Source: Promethearchaeota archaeon Loki_b32
GTDB lineage: Archaea; Asgardarchaeota; Lokiarchaeia; Sigyniarchaeales; SOKP01
Length of the DNA stretch: 64,000 nt
Direction: 5' to 3'
Assembly: GCA_005223125.1 (NCBI GenBank)
Contig: NJBH01000009.1
Span: 1 to 64,000, forward strand
Below are positions 40,586 to 51,502 of the stretch, piece after piece (the first letter of the stretch is position 1; each line of letters starts with the position of its first letter). The translations under genes were made by a program, and so were the position numbers. The notes under the pieces are model-generated. The model had not been told where the DNA came from and ran no database searches. It saw only the letters and a list, made by a program, of their open reading frames with translations.

Positions 40586-42697
40586 TTAATCATATTTGCT
40601 TTTAAAATCCTTCAACTTGTTCATTACTTCATCATATAATGAACCGACAATAATTTTTTCTCCAAGAGCTTTTAGTTCCTTTGCATACGCTAGAATTTGA
40701 TGAAGAACTGGTCCAGGTGGAAATTCATCTCTTTTTCTTTCTAATAAATTTCCAAAAACTTCACTAGTTGGGGCGCGATCAACAGTTTTGTATAGTTCGA
40801 TAAATAGATCATGGATTTTTCCCGCTTGAGAGCTCGCAACATGAGCTTTTGGGGTTTCTGTGCCTGCTGGAGGTGCATCTGAAGAGGTTGAGGTTTCTCC
40901 TCCACCTCTACCTAAAACAATAATAACAGGTTCTGATCGAGGATAATGACCCGAACCAGAGCAAATATAGTTAATACTCACAGAAGCACCACCTTTTATC
41001 TCAGTGACTCTTACATGTAATTCTGATAGATCACCTACTTGCACTACTTCATGAGTTGCTCCCTCTGGAGGTTTAAATTCAGTTAAACTAAAACTCGAAG
41101 GAATAATATCCTTAACTAATACATTTTCTAATTCGACGTCTCCTTTGTTTTGAACTCTAACTCCAATGCTAAATTCACCCTCAGTTAGTCCAGGTTTAAT
41201 ACTTTTAAGGGTTTTTAATTTGCGCTTAACGTATCTTACCTTTAATTCTGGTTCCTCATCAGGAGATCTAACAAATGATTTACCTTCTACAGGACTATTA
41301 ATATCAATTTTCACCGGAGTCATGTACTTTGTTTCAGTAGGGGGTCTTGGATTCCTTGCTAAGAGAGGGTATGAAATTACCATTTGTTTTCCTGGAAGAA
41401 ACTCATTCGAGAGATTGAATAATTCAACGTATATTTGATGTTTTTTAGAAAAATCTTGATCACTTGGATCGATCAGAATTTTTTGGACGAATTCTTCTCT
41501 TGAACTTATATCAATATCAGCTAATAAAATTTTTATTTCTTTTACTAAAGGAGGAATAAAATCAGGAGGAAGCTCATCTGATAAGAAAAATTTATCAATT
41601 AGAGATGAACCATCATTTACGATCGTATTTGTTATTGTCATATTAGTATTTGCATATGCATCTACTTCAGGTGGATCTATAGTTTTTTCAATAGTTGCAC
41701 TTAAAACTTCGTAAACCGTAGATTCTTTTATAATTTCACCGATAACTCTTGGAATCACTACAAACAATGGTGTACATCCAATTTCAGAACTTAGTTCTGG
41801 TACGTCCTTAGCTTCAACTTGAAAATCAAAATCCCATGATTCGTCAGGATTTAAAACTCTATCAGGTGTTTGAGAAACTACTGTCTCAACTCCTGTCGTT
41901 ATTGTTTGTGAAACTTTTACATCTTCAAGCTTTACTTGAAATCCAGATTCATTAATAAATTCAACATTACAATCCCATATACCAGGTTGAGAACCCTCAT
42001 CTCTATCGATTCCACTCATTGAATCGGTAAGTCCTCTAACTTCAGGGTTCATCATTGTTAATTTATAATTATTAATTAAATAATTTACAGTCAAAACTCC
42101 AAGCTCTTGTGAGGTCAACTCTTTCATATTAACTGTGAAGAAAATCTCAAGTTCAGCTTTGTTTTCTGCATCTAAAGATGTTAACTCCCAAGAAAGTATT
42201 TGCTTCCTATCCTCTTCTTTTAAATTTGCTTCCCCATTAGATGGATTTCTCATTTCAATTTCTTGAATAAATGCTGGCATGTCTCTTTTAACTTTTATAT
42301 CTAGGATAGGTAAGTTCAATGGATTTGTTAGAATGAGTTTTAAACTACATTTATTATCTTTTTTATAGAGAAACGCATTATTTACTTTTCCTGAGTCTGA
42401 CTTATCCGTATCAAATATTTCCTCAACTTTTAAAGAGGAATCTTTAAGATCTTTTATTTCATATTCTTTACTAAAATCTTGGGCAGGGTTTAATGTTCCT
42501 ACTGTAAGTTCTTTCGATTCCAATGAAGTATTAACATTTTCTTTAACATCACACATTAAATTCCATAATCTACTTCTTTGTGTTGGATTTTTCACTACAA
42601 GTGTTCCTTTACCAGAGACTTCTTTAAGATTTTGCGAACCATCGAGAATTATGTGTTCACGGTCGGTTACGTCTATAATAACTAAATTTTCAGACAT
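40586..42697 (-). CDS. large cytoplasmic multi-beta-sandwich protein (Ig-like / possible mu-homology domains)
   Basis: 703 aa acidic, repeated V.N.G...L.NV.V.D.IP..F motifs, no signal peptide, helical C-terminus after P/S/T linker. Confidence 0.6.
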   Translation of the reverse strand: MSENLVIIDVTDREHIILDGSQNLKEVSGKGTLVVKNPTQRSRLWNLMCDVKENVNTSLESKELTVGTLNPAQDFSKEYEIKDLKDSSLKVEEIFDTDKSDSGKVNNAFLYKKDNKCSLKLILTNPLNLPILDIKVKRDMPAFIQEIEMRNPSNGEANLKEEDRKQILSWELTSLDAENKAELEIFFTVNMKELTSQELGVLTVNYLINNYKLTMMNPEVRGLTDSMSGIDRDEGSQPGIWDCNVEFINESGFQVKLEDVKVSQTITTGVETVVSQTPDRVLNPDESWDFDFQVEAKDVPELSSEIGCTPLFVVIPRVIGEIIKESTVYEVLSATIEKTIDPPEVDAYANTNMTITNTIVNDGSSLIDKFFLSDELPPDFIPPLVKEIKILLADIDISSREEFVQKILIDPSDQDFSKKHQIYVELFNLSNEFLPGKQMVISYPLLARNPRPPTETKYMTPVKIDINSPVEGKSFVRSPDEEPELKVRYVKRKLKTLKSIKPGLTEGEFSIGVRVQNKGDVELENVLVKDIIPSSFSLTEFKPPEGATHEVVQVGDLSELHVRVTEIKGGASVSINYICSGSGHYPRSEPVIIVLGRGGGETSTSSDAPPAGTETPKAHVASSQAGKIHDLFIELYKTVDRAPTSEVFGNLLERKRDEFPPGPVLHQILAYAKELKALGEKIIVGSLYDEVMNKLKDFKSKYD

Positions 42698-42893
42698 TCT
42701 ATATTCTTCTCATATTTGTATTATTTAAATTTAGAAATTTCTTATACAAAATTTGTTATCAAAATTATATATAAATAATAAAAAAATAAAGTATAGATTT
42801 TTATATCTTTTCTAAAGAAAAAATAATAATAAATTTTTATATACTAATCATTCTTGTATCAGATGAATTATAACTAAATAACGACAAAATATT

Positions 42894-43697
42894 GTGAATC
42901 GTAATAGGTTTTGGGAAATTATTGAAGGATATAATTATTTAATGAGTTCAGCAATCGGAGGTCCAAATTGCTTAGATGTATGCAATGGTGATTGTTGTTC
43001 CATCAAGATCAATATTCCAAAAATATTAGCTCAAGAATATATTAAAAAAGGATATGCAACTAAAGAAGATTTCATTAGAGGGGATGTCTTCAGTTTCAAA
43101 TTAAGATTTGATGATGAAAAAGGAAAATGTTTTCTATATAACAAAGAAATTAATGGGTGTTTAGTTCATAATTCAGGAATTAAACCACCACAATGTTGGA
43201 TTTATCCTACGAAATTTTCTAATCCAGATAATAAAGAGATAAGTTGTAAAAGGGCTAAAGGTTGGAAGATAATTGATTCTGAAAAGACAAAGGAAGCGGA
43301 AAGATTACTCAAATATTATACTTTTCTTTGTCAACTTGAAGCTAAGAAAGAACTTAAAGACATTAAGAAACGCTTTAATGATAATTCATCCAGAAATCAT
43401 TTAATAGAATTATTAAAATTAACACCTCCAAGTCAACTGGCTGGTTTTAGGGACACTTGGCAGGGGATTACAACTTTATCAGCTCAAGGAGTATCATTAC
43501 AAATGAAAAAATTCTGTAAAAAATTTAATAACAAATGTGGTTTCAATTATTTATCCTGCAAGTCAATTTGTGATAAAGTAATCCAAGGATTGTTAGACTT
43601 TTTACAACAAAATTTATGGAAATTTGTACAAAAAAATGGTCCTGATGGTGAAGGAGCCTACCCATTTTTTAAGTTAGCTGAATTTTTTATTAATTAA
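42894..43697 (+). CDS. YkgJ-like CxxCxxCC cysteine-cluster protein
   Basis: CLDVCNGDCC, CFLY, C.VH...KP.QC.IYP. Confidence 0.8.
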   Translation: MNRNRFWEIIEGYNYLMSSAIGGPNCLDVCNGDCCSIKINIPKILAQEYIKKGYATKEDFIRGDVFSFKLRFDDEKGKCFLYNKEINGCLVHNSGIKPPQCWIYPTKFSNPDNKEISCKRAKGWKIIDSEKTKEAERLLKYYTFLCQLEAKKELKDIKKRFNDNSSRNHLIELLKLTPPSQLAGFRDTWQGITTLSAQGVSLQMKKFCKKFNNKCGFNYLSCKSICDKVIQGLLDFLQQNLWKFVQKNGPDGEGAYPFFKLAEFFIN

Positions 43698-43869
43698 GAT
43701 TTCATTAGCGTAAGGATTCTATGAAATCCTTTTTGTGGTTTGTTTTTCTTGTCTCTAAATAAAATAGACATAATCATGTTACAGACGTAATATAATATCT
43801 TAAATAAAATTTGAATATATCCGTATATAATACATTAAAACCACTTTATTATAGAAAATTGGGAGTGTC

Positions 43870-44238
43870 ATGTCATTAGGAAATAAAAATTTAGTTGATT
43901 TAGCTAAAAACGTTTTTTCTGAGAAATATGAGTTTATTGAAGGCCCTGTGAAAAATAAAGGAGTGTCTGGTAAGTCTTGGACTTTTGATGCCATTGTAAA
44001 AAATAACCTTAGTACATACGGAATATTCATTCGTGACTGGAAAAGAGAAATATCAATCACTCAATTACGACAATTACATAAAGCGTGTATTGATACAAAT
44101 ATTGAAGGGGGAATTATGATTTGTAATGTTATTACTGATTTTTCTCGGGATTATAGCTCCCAATTTGGAATCCAACTTCTCTCAAGGGGACATCTTATTT
44201 CCACATTAAGAAGAAGAAGATTTCAAAACGATTTTTAA
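43870..44238 (+). CDS. Mrr-like restriction endonuclease-fold protein (degenerate active site)
   Basis: GVSGKSWTFDAIV, W.REI....RQL, GIMI...., FS......GIQL. Confidence 0.65.
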   Translation: MSLGNKNLVDLAKNVFSEKYEFIEGPVKNKGVSGKSWTFDAIVKNNLSTYGIFIRDWKREISITQLRQLHKACIDTNIEGGIMICNVITDFSRDYSSQFGIQLLSRGHLISTLRRRRFQNDF

Positions 44239-44449
44239 AATTCTTATTACCTAAACACTTTATCTAAGCAAAATCCTTATTCAACATGCTCTTTTTGTAT
44301 CTGAGATTTGAGATTCTGTCGAAATAGATAATTAAAATTCTAATATCTATTTATGAATTTCATAAAAAGTTGATATAAAATGTTTAAAATTTATAAATCA
44401 ATAAGATAAAGATAATATAAGATAAGGAAGAAATTCAAGTGATTTAATT

Positions 44450-44743
44450 TTGATATTTATTTATCAATTTAAAGAAGAATTAGAAGATTTTGAAGAAATC
44501 GAAGTGGTGGAAAATGTTCCTTTATTTGAATTGTTAGATTCAGATAAAATTCTACTTTTTGTTGACATGCATGAGAGTAAAGTATGGATTTGGGAAGGAA
44601 AAAATACAAATACTCGAATGAAATTTATTGCAGCACAAGCCGCACTTCATATTCGAGATAAACATGACATTTCCTTTACAATTACATCTGTAGATGATAA
44701 AGATGAAACTAATGCTTTTAAATTATTTGTAGGTTTAGTATAA
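44450..44743 (+). CDS. single-domain gelsolin-like protein (Asgard type)
   Basis: LLDSDKILLFVD....VWIWEGKN....MKFIAA...VDD.DET..F. Confidence 0.8.
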   Translation: MIFIYQFKEELEDFEEIEVVENVPLFELLDSDKILLFVDMHESKVWIWEGKNTNTRMKFIAAQAALHIRDKHDISFTITSVDDKDETNAFKLFVGLV

Positions 44744-44884
44744 AGATAATTATCTAATTTGTAGAACAAAATATATCTATCATTTTAGTTCTTAAAATTT
44801 ATTAAATTCTCTCACATGAATTATTTTTTAGTAATTTCTTATTATTTCATATATTAAAATGAGAAATAAAAAAAAAGCAAAACT

Positions 44885-47020
44885 TTGAGCAATAAGAAAA
44901 AGAATAAAGAAGAGGAATATGTATTTGAGTTCTATGACAACGATTTTGCTGAATCTCTAGAAGTTGTCCCGTCAAAATTCAAAGAACAATATAAAGAAAT
45001 CAATTTTGAGGATGATTTAAACGAAGAACAGCTTAAAATCATTAATAATATAGAGGGTCCAATGTTAGTGATAGCTGGTGCAGGAAGTGGAAAAACAAGA
45101 ACGATTGTATATTCTGTTGCAAAATTACTATTATCTGGTAAAAAACCTAGTGAAATAATGTTAGTTACATTTACAAATAAAGCAGCTAATGAAATGATTA
45201 AGCGAGTAGAAATTCTTTTAGGGAAGCGTCCCAAAGGAATATGGGCGGGAACATTCCATTCTATAGCAAATCGTTTTATCCGAAAATATGCAAAAATGTT
45301 AGGACTGAAAACAAATTATATTATAATGGATGAAACTGATGCTAAGACACTCATGAAACTCTCAATAGAAAAAGCTAATATGAAAGAAATCGAAGAGCGT
45401 TTTCCTAATTCTAAGATGGCTAAATCTATTTTATCCTATTCTTTTAATTGTAATAAATCGATTCGAGATGTAATATTATGGAAGTATAATCAATTTGATA
45501 ATGAAAATATTATTCAAAAATTAGAAGAAGTATTCAAGATTTACAAAGCTAAGAAAGCAAAAGATAATTTAGTAGATTTCGATGATTTATTGATATATTG
45601 GAATCAATTATTAGATGAGAGAGCTGTTGCTCAATTAATTGCCAAGAATATAAAATATGTTCTTGTAGATGAATATCAAGATACAAATTATGTTCAGGAT
45701 GAAATAATATATAAAATTGTTAAACAGAATCCAGAACATAATATTATGGCGGTAGGAGATGACGCGCAAAGTATTTACGCATTTAGAGGTGCTAATTTTC
45801 AAAACATATTGAATTTCGAGAAAAAGAATAAAGATTGTAAGAGATATACGATAACCTATAATTATAGAAGTGTTCCTGAGATATTAAATTTGGCAAATGA
45901 CTCAATAAAGCATAATGAAAATCAATTTAAGAAATCTATGCGCTCAACTCGCCCTGAAGGAGTATTACCATTTCATGTGAATTTAGGTGATGATACAGAT
46001 CAAGCAAGATTTATTGCAAATCAAATTTTAAAATTACGCTCAGATGGATATGAGTTAAACGAAATTGCTATACTTGTTAGAGCTGCATCTCATTCCCTCA
46101 GAATAGAACTAGAGTTGAGAGCGAAAAATATACCGTATGAAGTTCGAGCGGGTGTTGGTTTTTTCGAAAGAGCTCATATTAAAGATATATTAGCTCATTT
46201 AAGAATAATTGAGAATGCATATGACGAAGTTTCATGGGCGAGAATTTTTTCAATAATTCAGGGGATAGGAACTACATCTGGTTCTAAAATTTTCGAAGCA
46301 ATTTCGAACATTGAACATCCAATCGATGCTTTAATCAATAAGATGTTCTATGCAGAAAAATTAAAAGGGTCACGTATATCTAAAGAAGGTATAAGAAATT
46401 TAATCTCATATATAAAAAACTTAATCGATTTTTCCCCTGAGGATAATCCCTCAGAAGTCATTAAAAATTTAGTCAAAGTTCTTGAAGAACATCTAAAATC
46501 TAAATATGATAATTGGCAAGAAAGGATAGAAGATCTAAATCAATTAAGTTTATATGCACAAAATTTTCCAACCATTCGGAAATTTTTAGAAAATTTAAGT
46601 TTAAATTTATCTAACCTAGAATCAAAAACTGTTCATTCCAGTGAGCAAGCAGAGGAAGAAAACCCTTTAGTCTTATCTACAGTACATAGAGCAAAAGGAC
46701 TTGAATGGCGAGTTATATTTATCCCTATGCTATGCGAGGACTCATTTCCTTCTGGTAGAAGTATAGGCGATCCAGATGCGTTTGAAGAAGAACGCAGAGT
46801 ATTTTATGTTGCAATAACAAGAGCAAAAGATCAATTGTATCTTATTACTCCTTCGATTAAACCTGCCTACCGAGGTCCTCAAATTGTACGGGCATCTCAA
46901 TTTGTTTCCGAATTAAATCCTAAGGTTTATAAAAAATCTTCAGTTCAATTTAAATCACAGAATAAAAAAGAGAAAATGGATAAAAAAGATTTATTTAAAT
47001 CAGCAATAGATCTTTTATAG
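44885..47020 (+). CDS. UvrD/PcrA/Rep superfamily I helicase
   Basis: AGAGSGKT, TFTNKAA, VDEYQD, VGDDAQSIYAFRGA, NYRS, STVHRAKGLE, EERRVFYVAITRA. Confidence 0.96.
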   Translation: MSNKKKNKEEEYVFEFYDNDFAESLEVVPSKFKEQYKEINFEDDLNEEQLKIINNIEGPMLVIAGAGSGKTRTIVYSVAKLLLSGKKPSEIMLVTFTNKAANEMIKRVEILLGKRPKGIWAGTFHSIANRFIRKYAKMLGLKTNYIIMDETDAKTLMKLSIEKANMKEIEERFPNSKMAKSILSYSFNCNKSIRDVILWKYNQFDNENIIQKLEEVFKIYKAKKAKDNLVDFDDLLIYWNQLLDERAVAQLIAKNIKYVLVDEYQDTNYVQDEIIYKIVKQNPEHNIMAVGDDAQSIYAFRGANFQNILNFEKKNKDCKRYTITYNYRSVPEILNLANDSIKHNENQFKKSMRSTRPEGVLPFHVNLGDDTDQARFIANQILKLRSDGYELNEIAILVRAASHSLRIELELRAKNIPYEVRAGVGFFERAHIKDILAHLRIIENAYDEVSWARIFSIIQGIGTTSGSKIFEAISNIEHPIDALINKMFYAEKLKGSRISKEGIRNLISYIKNLIDFSPEDNPSEVIKNLVKVLEEHLKSKYDNWQERIEDLNQLSLYAQNFPTIRKFLENLSLNLSNLESKTVHSSEQAEEENPLVLSTVHRAKGLEWRVIFIPMLCEDSFPSGRSIGDPDAFEEERRVFYVAITRAKDQLYLITPSIKPAYRGPQIVRASQFVSELNPKVYKKSSVQFKSQNKKEKMDKKDLFKSAIDLL

Positions 47021-47176
47021 ACTACTAAACTCATTAAGTCTCTTCACTTTATATATTAAGACAAATATTACATTCAAAAGACTATAACGCAAATTTAAGT
47101 TTAGATTAACATAATTTTTTATTTATTTAAATTGAATAATATTAATAATTAGTAAGAGATAGGATTAAAGATAAAA

Positions 47177-48919
47177 ATGATAATTAAAATAAATTCTCTT
47201 GAAAGTATAATTGAAATTTTTTACGAAAAATATATTCATCTTCATGGATTTATTAAACTCGAAGCTGAAAGTGTTGATAAAAATTATTTTATCATAATTC
47301 AAATATTAAATGAACAAACTATTTTAGATTATGTCTTAACAAGGCAAAAATTAAAAAATGTAAGAATTACTGAGTACATTACAGCAGAATTAGAATCCGA
47401 ATTACAATACGTAATCCAAGGACGTCCAATCATCTGTACAGAAATTGACAAGAAAACTAGGCAAAAAACCGATCATATAGTAAATGTATTTTTCATTATT
47501 GAAGATTTAATGGAAAAAGAAATTTTAAAACCTCATTCGATGAAAATATCGAAAGATCAAGATGATAAATCAGAGTTCTTAAAAATAATCTTCAATCCTG
47601 AAGGTATTTTTATGGGAAATCTGGCTTCAGAAGCAAGAGTTAACGTTTTTTTTCCTTTTAAATATCTAATGTACCATTTTTTTATTGCTGGAGCAACAGG
47701 AATGGGAAAATCAAATTTAAATCAAGTTTTTATTGATGGTTTGCTTCAACACAATGCCAACGTTATTTTGAATGGAAAGGGAACAAAGATCTCTATGTTA
47801 GCAATAGATATGCATGATGAATATGCTCTTGGATGCATTGATTATGGTATCAATGATATATGTAAAGCAGCCCAATATAACAAGAATCTATTTGGGAAGT
47901 GGTTCTATCTTTACCCAAATAAGGGAATACCTCCTAGTGAAGTTAAAAGCATGGCAGAACCATGTGTGATTAATTATCAAGAAATAAAACCGGAAGATCT
48001 TTTTGCTACAGGAAGTTTTAATGACTTACAAGTTGGAGCTATTTTTTCAGCTTATAGAAATGATCCAGATAACTATATAGATAATCTATTAACTGATGGT
48101 TATAAACCCCCAGGAGGCCATGATGATAAAACAATGGCAGCAATTAGAAGAAGAATGCATTGGTTGGAATATTCAGACATGTTTCAATCCAATGTAATTA
48201 GCAAATTGCCCAAAATAGTAAAGAAGTTAGAAAAGGGAGGAGTAATTATCTTTAACTGTTCAATGATTTCTGATTTGGAACAATTCTTGTTCAATGGTGT
48301 TTTAGCAAGGACCTTATTTGATATCAGAAAAGCTCTTAAATCTTCAACTGATTTACCTACATTAGAGAAAAAACTAGAGCATACTTTACCAAAAAATTTC
48401 CATGATAATTATAAAGCCAATATTCAGAAGAATTATGTGAAAACAGGTACATCAATAAAGGATCCTACTGAAATGCCAATAATTATTTTCACAATTGAAG
48501 AAGCTCCAAGCATTTTAAGGCCAGAGATGATGAAACATAGTAATGTATTCAAAGATATATCACGCCAAGGAAGGAAGTTTAATTTGGGGTTAGAGGTAAT
48601 TTCACAACAATATTCTCCAATTGATGATACTATTTTATCAAATATGAATACTGTGATAAATTTACCTCTAAGATCTGATACAGAAAAAACTGTAGCAGCT
48701 AAAACCTTGGGGGGAGGTATCCAACATAGTGATCTTGAATCCTTGACTGGAACCAGAGGAATTGCCTTAATTTCAGGGATTTGGCTCACTAATTTTCAGA
48801 AGTTAAGAATCCCCCTATATGATGATTATTTTAGGAATATTTCAAAAAAATTTTATGAAGATTTCGCAAAAAAGATGGCTTCCCAAGGTAATAATCCACC
48901 TCCAACGGGACTCCCTTAA
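47177..48919 (+). CDS. herA: HerA helicase/ATPase
   Basis: HFFIAGATGMGKS, IDMHDEY, IEEAP, RQGRKF, SQ; operon context. Confidence 0.9.
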   Translation: MIIKINSLESIIEIFYEKYIHLHGFIKLEAESVDKNYFIIIQILNEQTILDYVLTRQKLKNVRITEYITAELESELQYVIQGRPIICTEIDKKTRQKTDHIVNVFFIIEDLMEKEILKPHSMKISKDQDDKSEFLKIIFNPEGIFMGNLASEARVNVFFPFKYLMYHFFIAGATGMGKSNLNQVFIDGLLQHNANVILNGKGTKISMLAIDMHDEYALGCIDYGINDICKAAQYNKNLFGKWFYLYPNKGIPPSEVKSMAEPCVINYQEIKPEDLFATGSFNDLQVGAIFSAYRNDPDNYIDNLLTDGYKPPGGHDDKTMAAIRRRMHWLEYSDMFQSNVISKLPKIVKKLEKGGVIIFNCSMISDLEQFLFNGVLARTLFDIRKALKSSTDLPTLEKKLEHTLPKNFHDNYKANIQKNYVKTGTSIKDPTEMPIIIFTIEEAPSILRPEMMKHSNVFKDISRQGRKFNLGLEVISQQYSPIDDTILSNMNTVINLPLRSDTEKTVAAKTLGGGIQHSDLESLTGTRGIALISGIWLTNFQKLRIPLYDDYFRNISKKFYEDFAKKMASQGNNPPPTGLP

Positions 48920-48952
48920 GAAATATTTAAAATTTATTAAAGGTGAATAATA

Positions 48953-50152
48953 ATTTCTTTCGATTTTGAATTAATTTCACTGGAAAAATCTTTTGAGGAA
49001 AGACCTAACAGATCAATAGATGAGGAAGTTAAAAAATTCAAAGAATATATTCAAGAAAGAAGAGTTAAATGGACTGAAGAAGAAAAGATTGAATTAGAGA
49101 CCGATAAGTTTGATAACGACGAAAGTCTTAAAAATACTAATTCTATTTTTGTTGAAATGCCTCATCACATAATTAAGGGTGAATTAACTGAATACATAGA
49201 TGATGGTTATAAAATTATTGGTTTTGATGAGAGCTCGAATACACTCAGCGGTACATATGCCAAATTGGCATCGTTTAAATTTGGAGAATGCCAAGTAATG
49301 TTTAAGAATAGTGAGTATTATATAGAAAAAATCATGTATAAACCAATAAATACATACATTGAAGATAATGAACATAAACTTATCATTTACCAAACTGTTA
49401 TTGAAAATTTCATAAAAACTATAAAGAGAGACTTCTATGTAGGAGCCTTAAAGGCTAAAATAGATAAATTAATTAATTGGTATAACTCAACCTACAGACA
49501 AAAAATTGAAAAGCATATAAATGCACATGATTTCTATTATCCAACTTTAGCACATGTTATAGATAGAATAAGAACTGCCGATGAAATTCTAAAGACTCTA
49601 ATTAGAATCAAAGATGAGAGTAATTGGGGTAAAAAAGAAAATATTGTGTTTCTTGGTGATGGAATACAAATGTTTCGTCAACATATCTTTCCACCAAGTG
49701 CTTTTACTGAATTCTTCTATAAATTTATTGAAACGTATAATATAAAATATTATTCTTTCTCAAAAACATGTCGTTTACGCGATGCTCAAGGTAATTTTAT
49801 ATTACCGATTTGGGCAGAAATTTTAGATAAACGGAATTTCTTAATAGAATTACCAGATCTCTCAGTTTATACCAAGAGTAAAGCGTTTATTACAAGAATA
49901 CAAGAAGAAAGTTCTGCTCTTAGATTTGATATTTGTGATTATTTAGATACGAAAGATGCCATAAACACCCTTAAAAATCTAATCCCATATACTCCACGGG
50001 GATATCCATTAAGTTTAAATGGAGCACATGAAGCAAGTACTCTACTTGTTTCAGAATATAATAAATTTGAAGCTGCATTTTTAGAACTCCAATACAACAA
50101 AAAAACAAAAAAATATACACAAGAATGGAGGAAAAAAGTTTTAGGAGAATAA
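48953..50152 (+). CDS. nurA: NurA 5'-3' nuclease; probable ATT start
   Basis: IIGFDES, LGDG, FSK, GYPLSL..AHE; frame open 68 codons upstream of ATG 49157 to AGGTGA-N6-ATT. Confidence 0.8.
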   Translation: MSFDFELISLEKSFEERPNRSIDEEVKKFKEYIQERRVKWTEEEKIELETDKFDNDESLKNTNSIFVEMPHHIIKGELTEYIDDGYKIIGFDESSNTLSGTYAKLASFKFGECQVMFKNSEYYIEKIMYKPINTYIEDNEHKLIIYQTVIENFIKTIKRDFYVGALKAKIDKLINWYNSTYRQKIEKHINAHDFYYPTLAHVIDRIRTADEILKTLIRIKDESNWGKKENIVFLGDGIQMFRQHIFPPSAFTEFFYKFIETYNIKYYSFSKTCRLRDAQGNFILPIWAEILDKRNFLIELPDLSVYTKSKAFITRIQEESSALRFDICDYLDTKDAINTLKNLIPYTPRGYPLSLNGAHEASTLLVSEYNKFEAAFLELQYNKKTKKYTQEWRKKVLGE

Positions 50153-50194
50153 TTTGTATTACAGATAATAAATTGATAAATGGAGGGTATTTAA

Positions 50195-51502
50195 ATGGTT
50201 AAATTTGTTCATATGTCCGACACTCATCTGGGATATAGAGCCAGAAGAGGAACAACAAACAAGTGGGCAATTGAGAATTATTCAAAACCTTATGAACAGG
50301 AAATCTATGATTGTTTTTTAAAAGTTATGATTGATGTTTCTAAAATTAAAGATCTTGATTATTTAGTTCATTGTGGAGATATATTTCACCATCCTTCTAA
50401 ATATGGTTCATATCCCCCTCCTGAACCTGCAAGAAGAATACTAAAACAAGGTTTGCAAATCTTTTTTGAAAATACAAGTAATCAAGTTCCCTTTATTTAT
50501 ATAGAAGGAAATCATGGAATTTTTAGGGGATATGAATACACTCCATTTGAATCTCATATTAATAAAGATCAATACCCAAATTTATATTATTTTAAAGAAA
50601 GAGATCTTATAGAAGCAATCAAATCAGATAAACCTCTAAATTTAGAATTTCCTGATAAAAAAGTAAGGTTTTATTTGTTTCCCTTTTTCGAATTTAAAAG
50701 TTTTGAGACTTATACATCTGCTTATAATAATTGGATAAAAAATCAACAACCAAAAGATAATGAATATATAAATATTGCTGTAGCTCATGGTTCTGCAGGT
50801 GATGAAACTCTACACAGTAAGGTTAATTCCGATGATTTTAACTATGATTATGTTGCTTTAGGGCATGAACATGGTTTTAAAAAAGTATCACGAAATCACT
50901 ACTATTCTGGAGGCTTATTACCACTGAATTTTAAAGAAAGACATGAAAATCAAGCTTACCTAATTGTAAATATTGATGATAAAACTAGAGAATTAACTAG
51001 AAAAACTAAATTCACTGATAAAGAAATAAAGAGAGTTTTTGAAATTATTAAAATCGATGTTTCTCCACAAGATTCTTCAGAAGATTTGATAAAAAAAATC
51101 AAAAATGAGTTAAATAAGTATGTCTTAAATGGGGGTTTCAATCATAATACTTCAGCGAGATTAAAATTTAATTTTGAAGGTGAAATTGCATTCGAAAAAA
51201 ATTGGCAAATAAATGATTTGATGTTAAAAATTAGAAGGAGCTGTTTCTCTCAACCCGATAAATATAATATGTTACAGTTGATTTGGAAAATTTCTGATAT
51301 ATCTGAGACTCGTGAGGATGATATAAGTGCTGGAGTAATCCAAGATTATATCCTTGAAAAACCAGATGATGAGTTTAAAACGTTTGTAAATGAAAAATTA
51401 AGTGAAGATAAAACGGAATATAATGTGGATAAATTAACTGAATTTGGAATGAAAGCAATTAAAAAGGCACTAAGAATAATGGAGAAAGAGAAAGAGGTGT
51501 AA
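50195..51502 (+). CDS. mre11: Mre11 nuclease
   Basis: SDTHLG, GDIFH, GNH, AHG, YVALGHEH, YSG. Confidence 0.92.
   Translation: MVKFVHMSDTHLGYRARRGTTNKWAIENYSKPYEQEIYDCFLKVMIDVSKIKDLDYLVHCGDIFHHPSKYGSYPPPEPARRILKQGLQIFFENTSNQVPFIYIEGNHGIFRGYEYTPFESHINKDQYPNLYYFKERDLIEAIKSDKPLNLEFPDKKVRFYLFPFFEFKSFETYTSAYNNWIKNQQPKDNEYINIAVAHGSAGDETLHSKVNSDDFNYDYVALGHEHGFKKVSRNHYYSGGLLPLNFKERHENQAYLIVNIDDKTRELTRKTKFTDKEIKRVFEIIKIDVSPQDSSEDLIKKIKNELNKYVLNGGFNHNTSARLKFNFEGEIAFEKNWQINDLMLKIRRSCFSQPDKYNMLQLIWKISDISETREDDISAGVIQDYILEKPDDEFKTFVNEKLSEDKTEYNVDKLTEFGMKAIKKALRIMEKEKEV

Noticed and set aside
18310-51502. Genome-wide TAA stop-codon reassignment
   Set aside because: In-frame TAAs at 18310, 24388 and 51500 would need different residues, and TAA terminates most intact genes here
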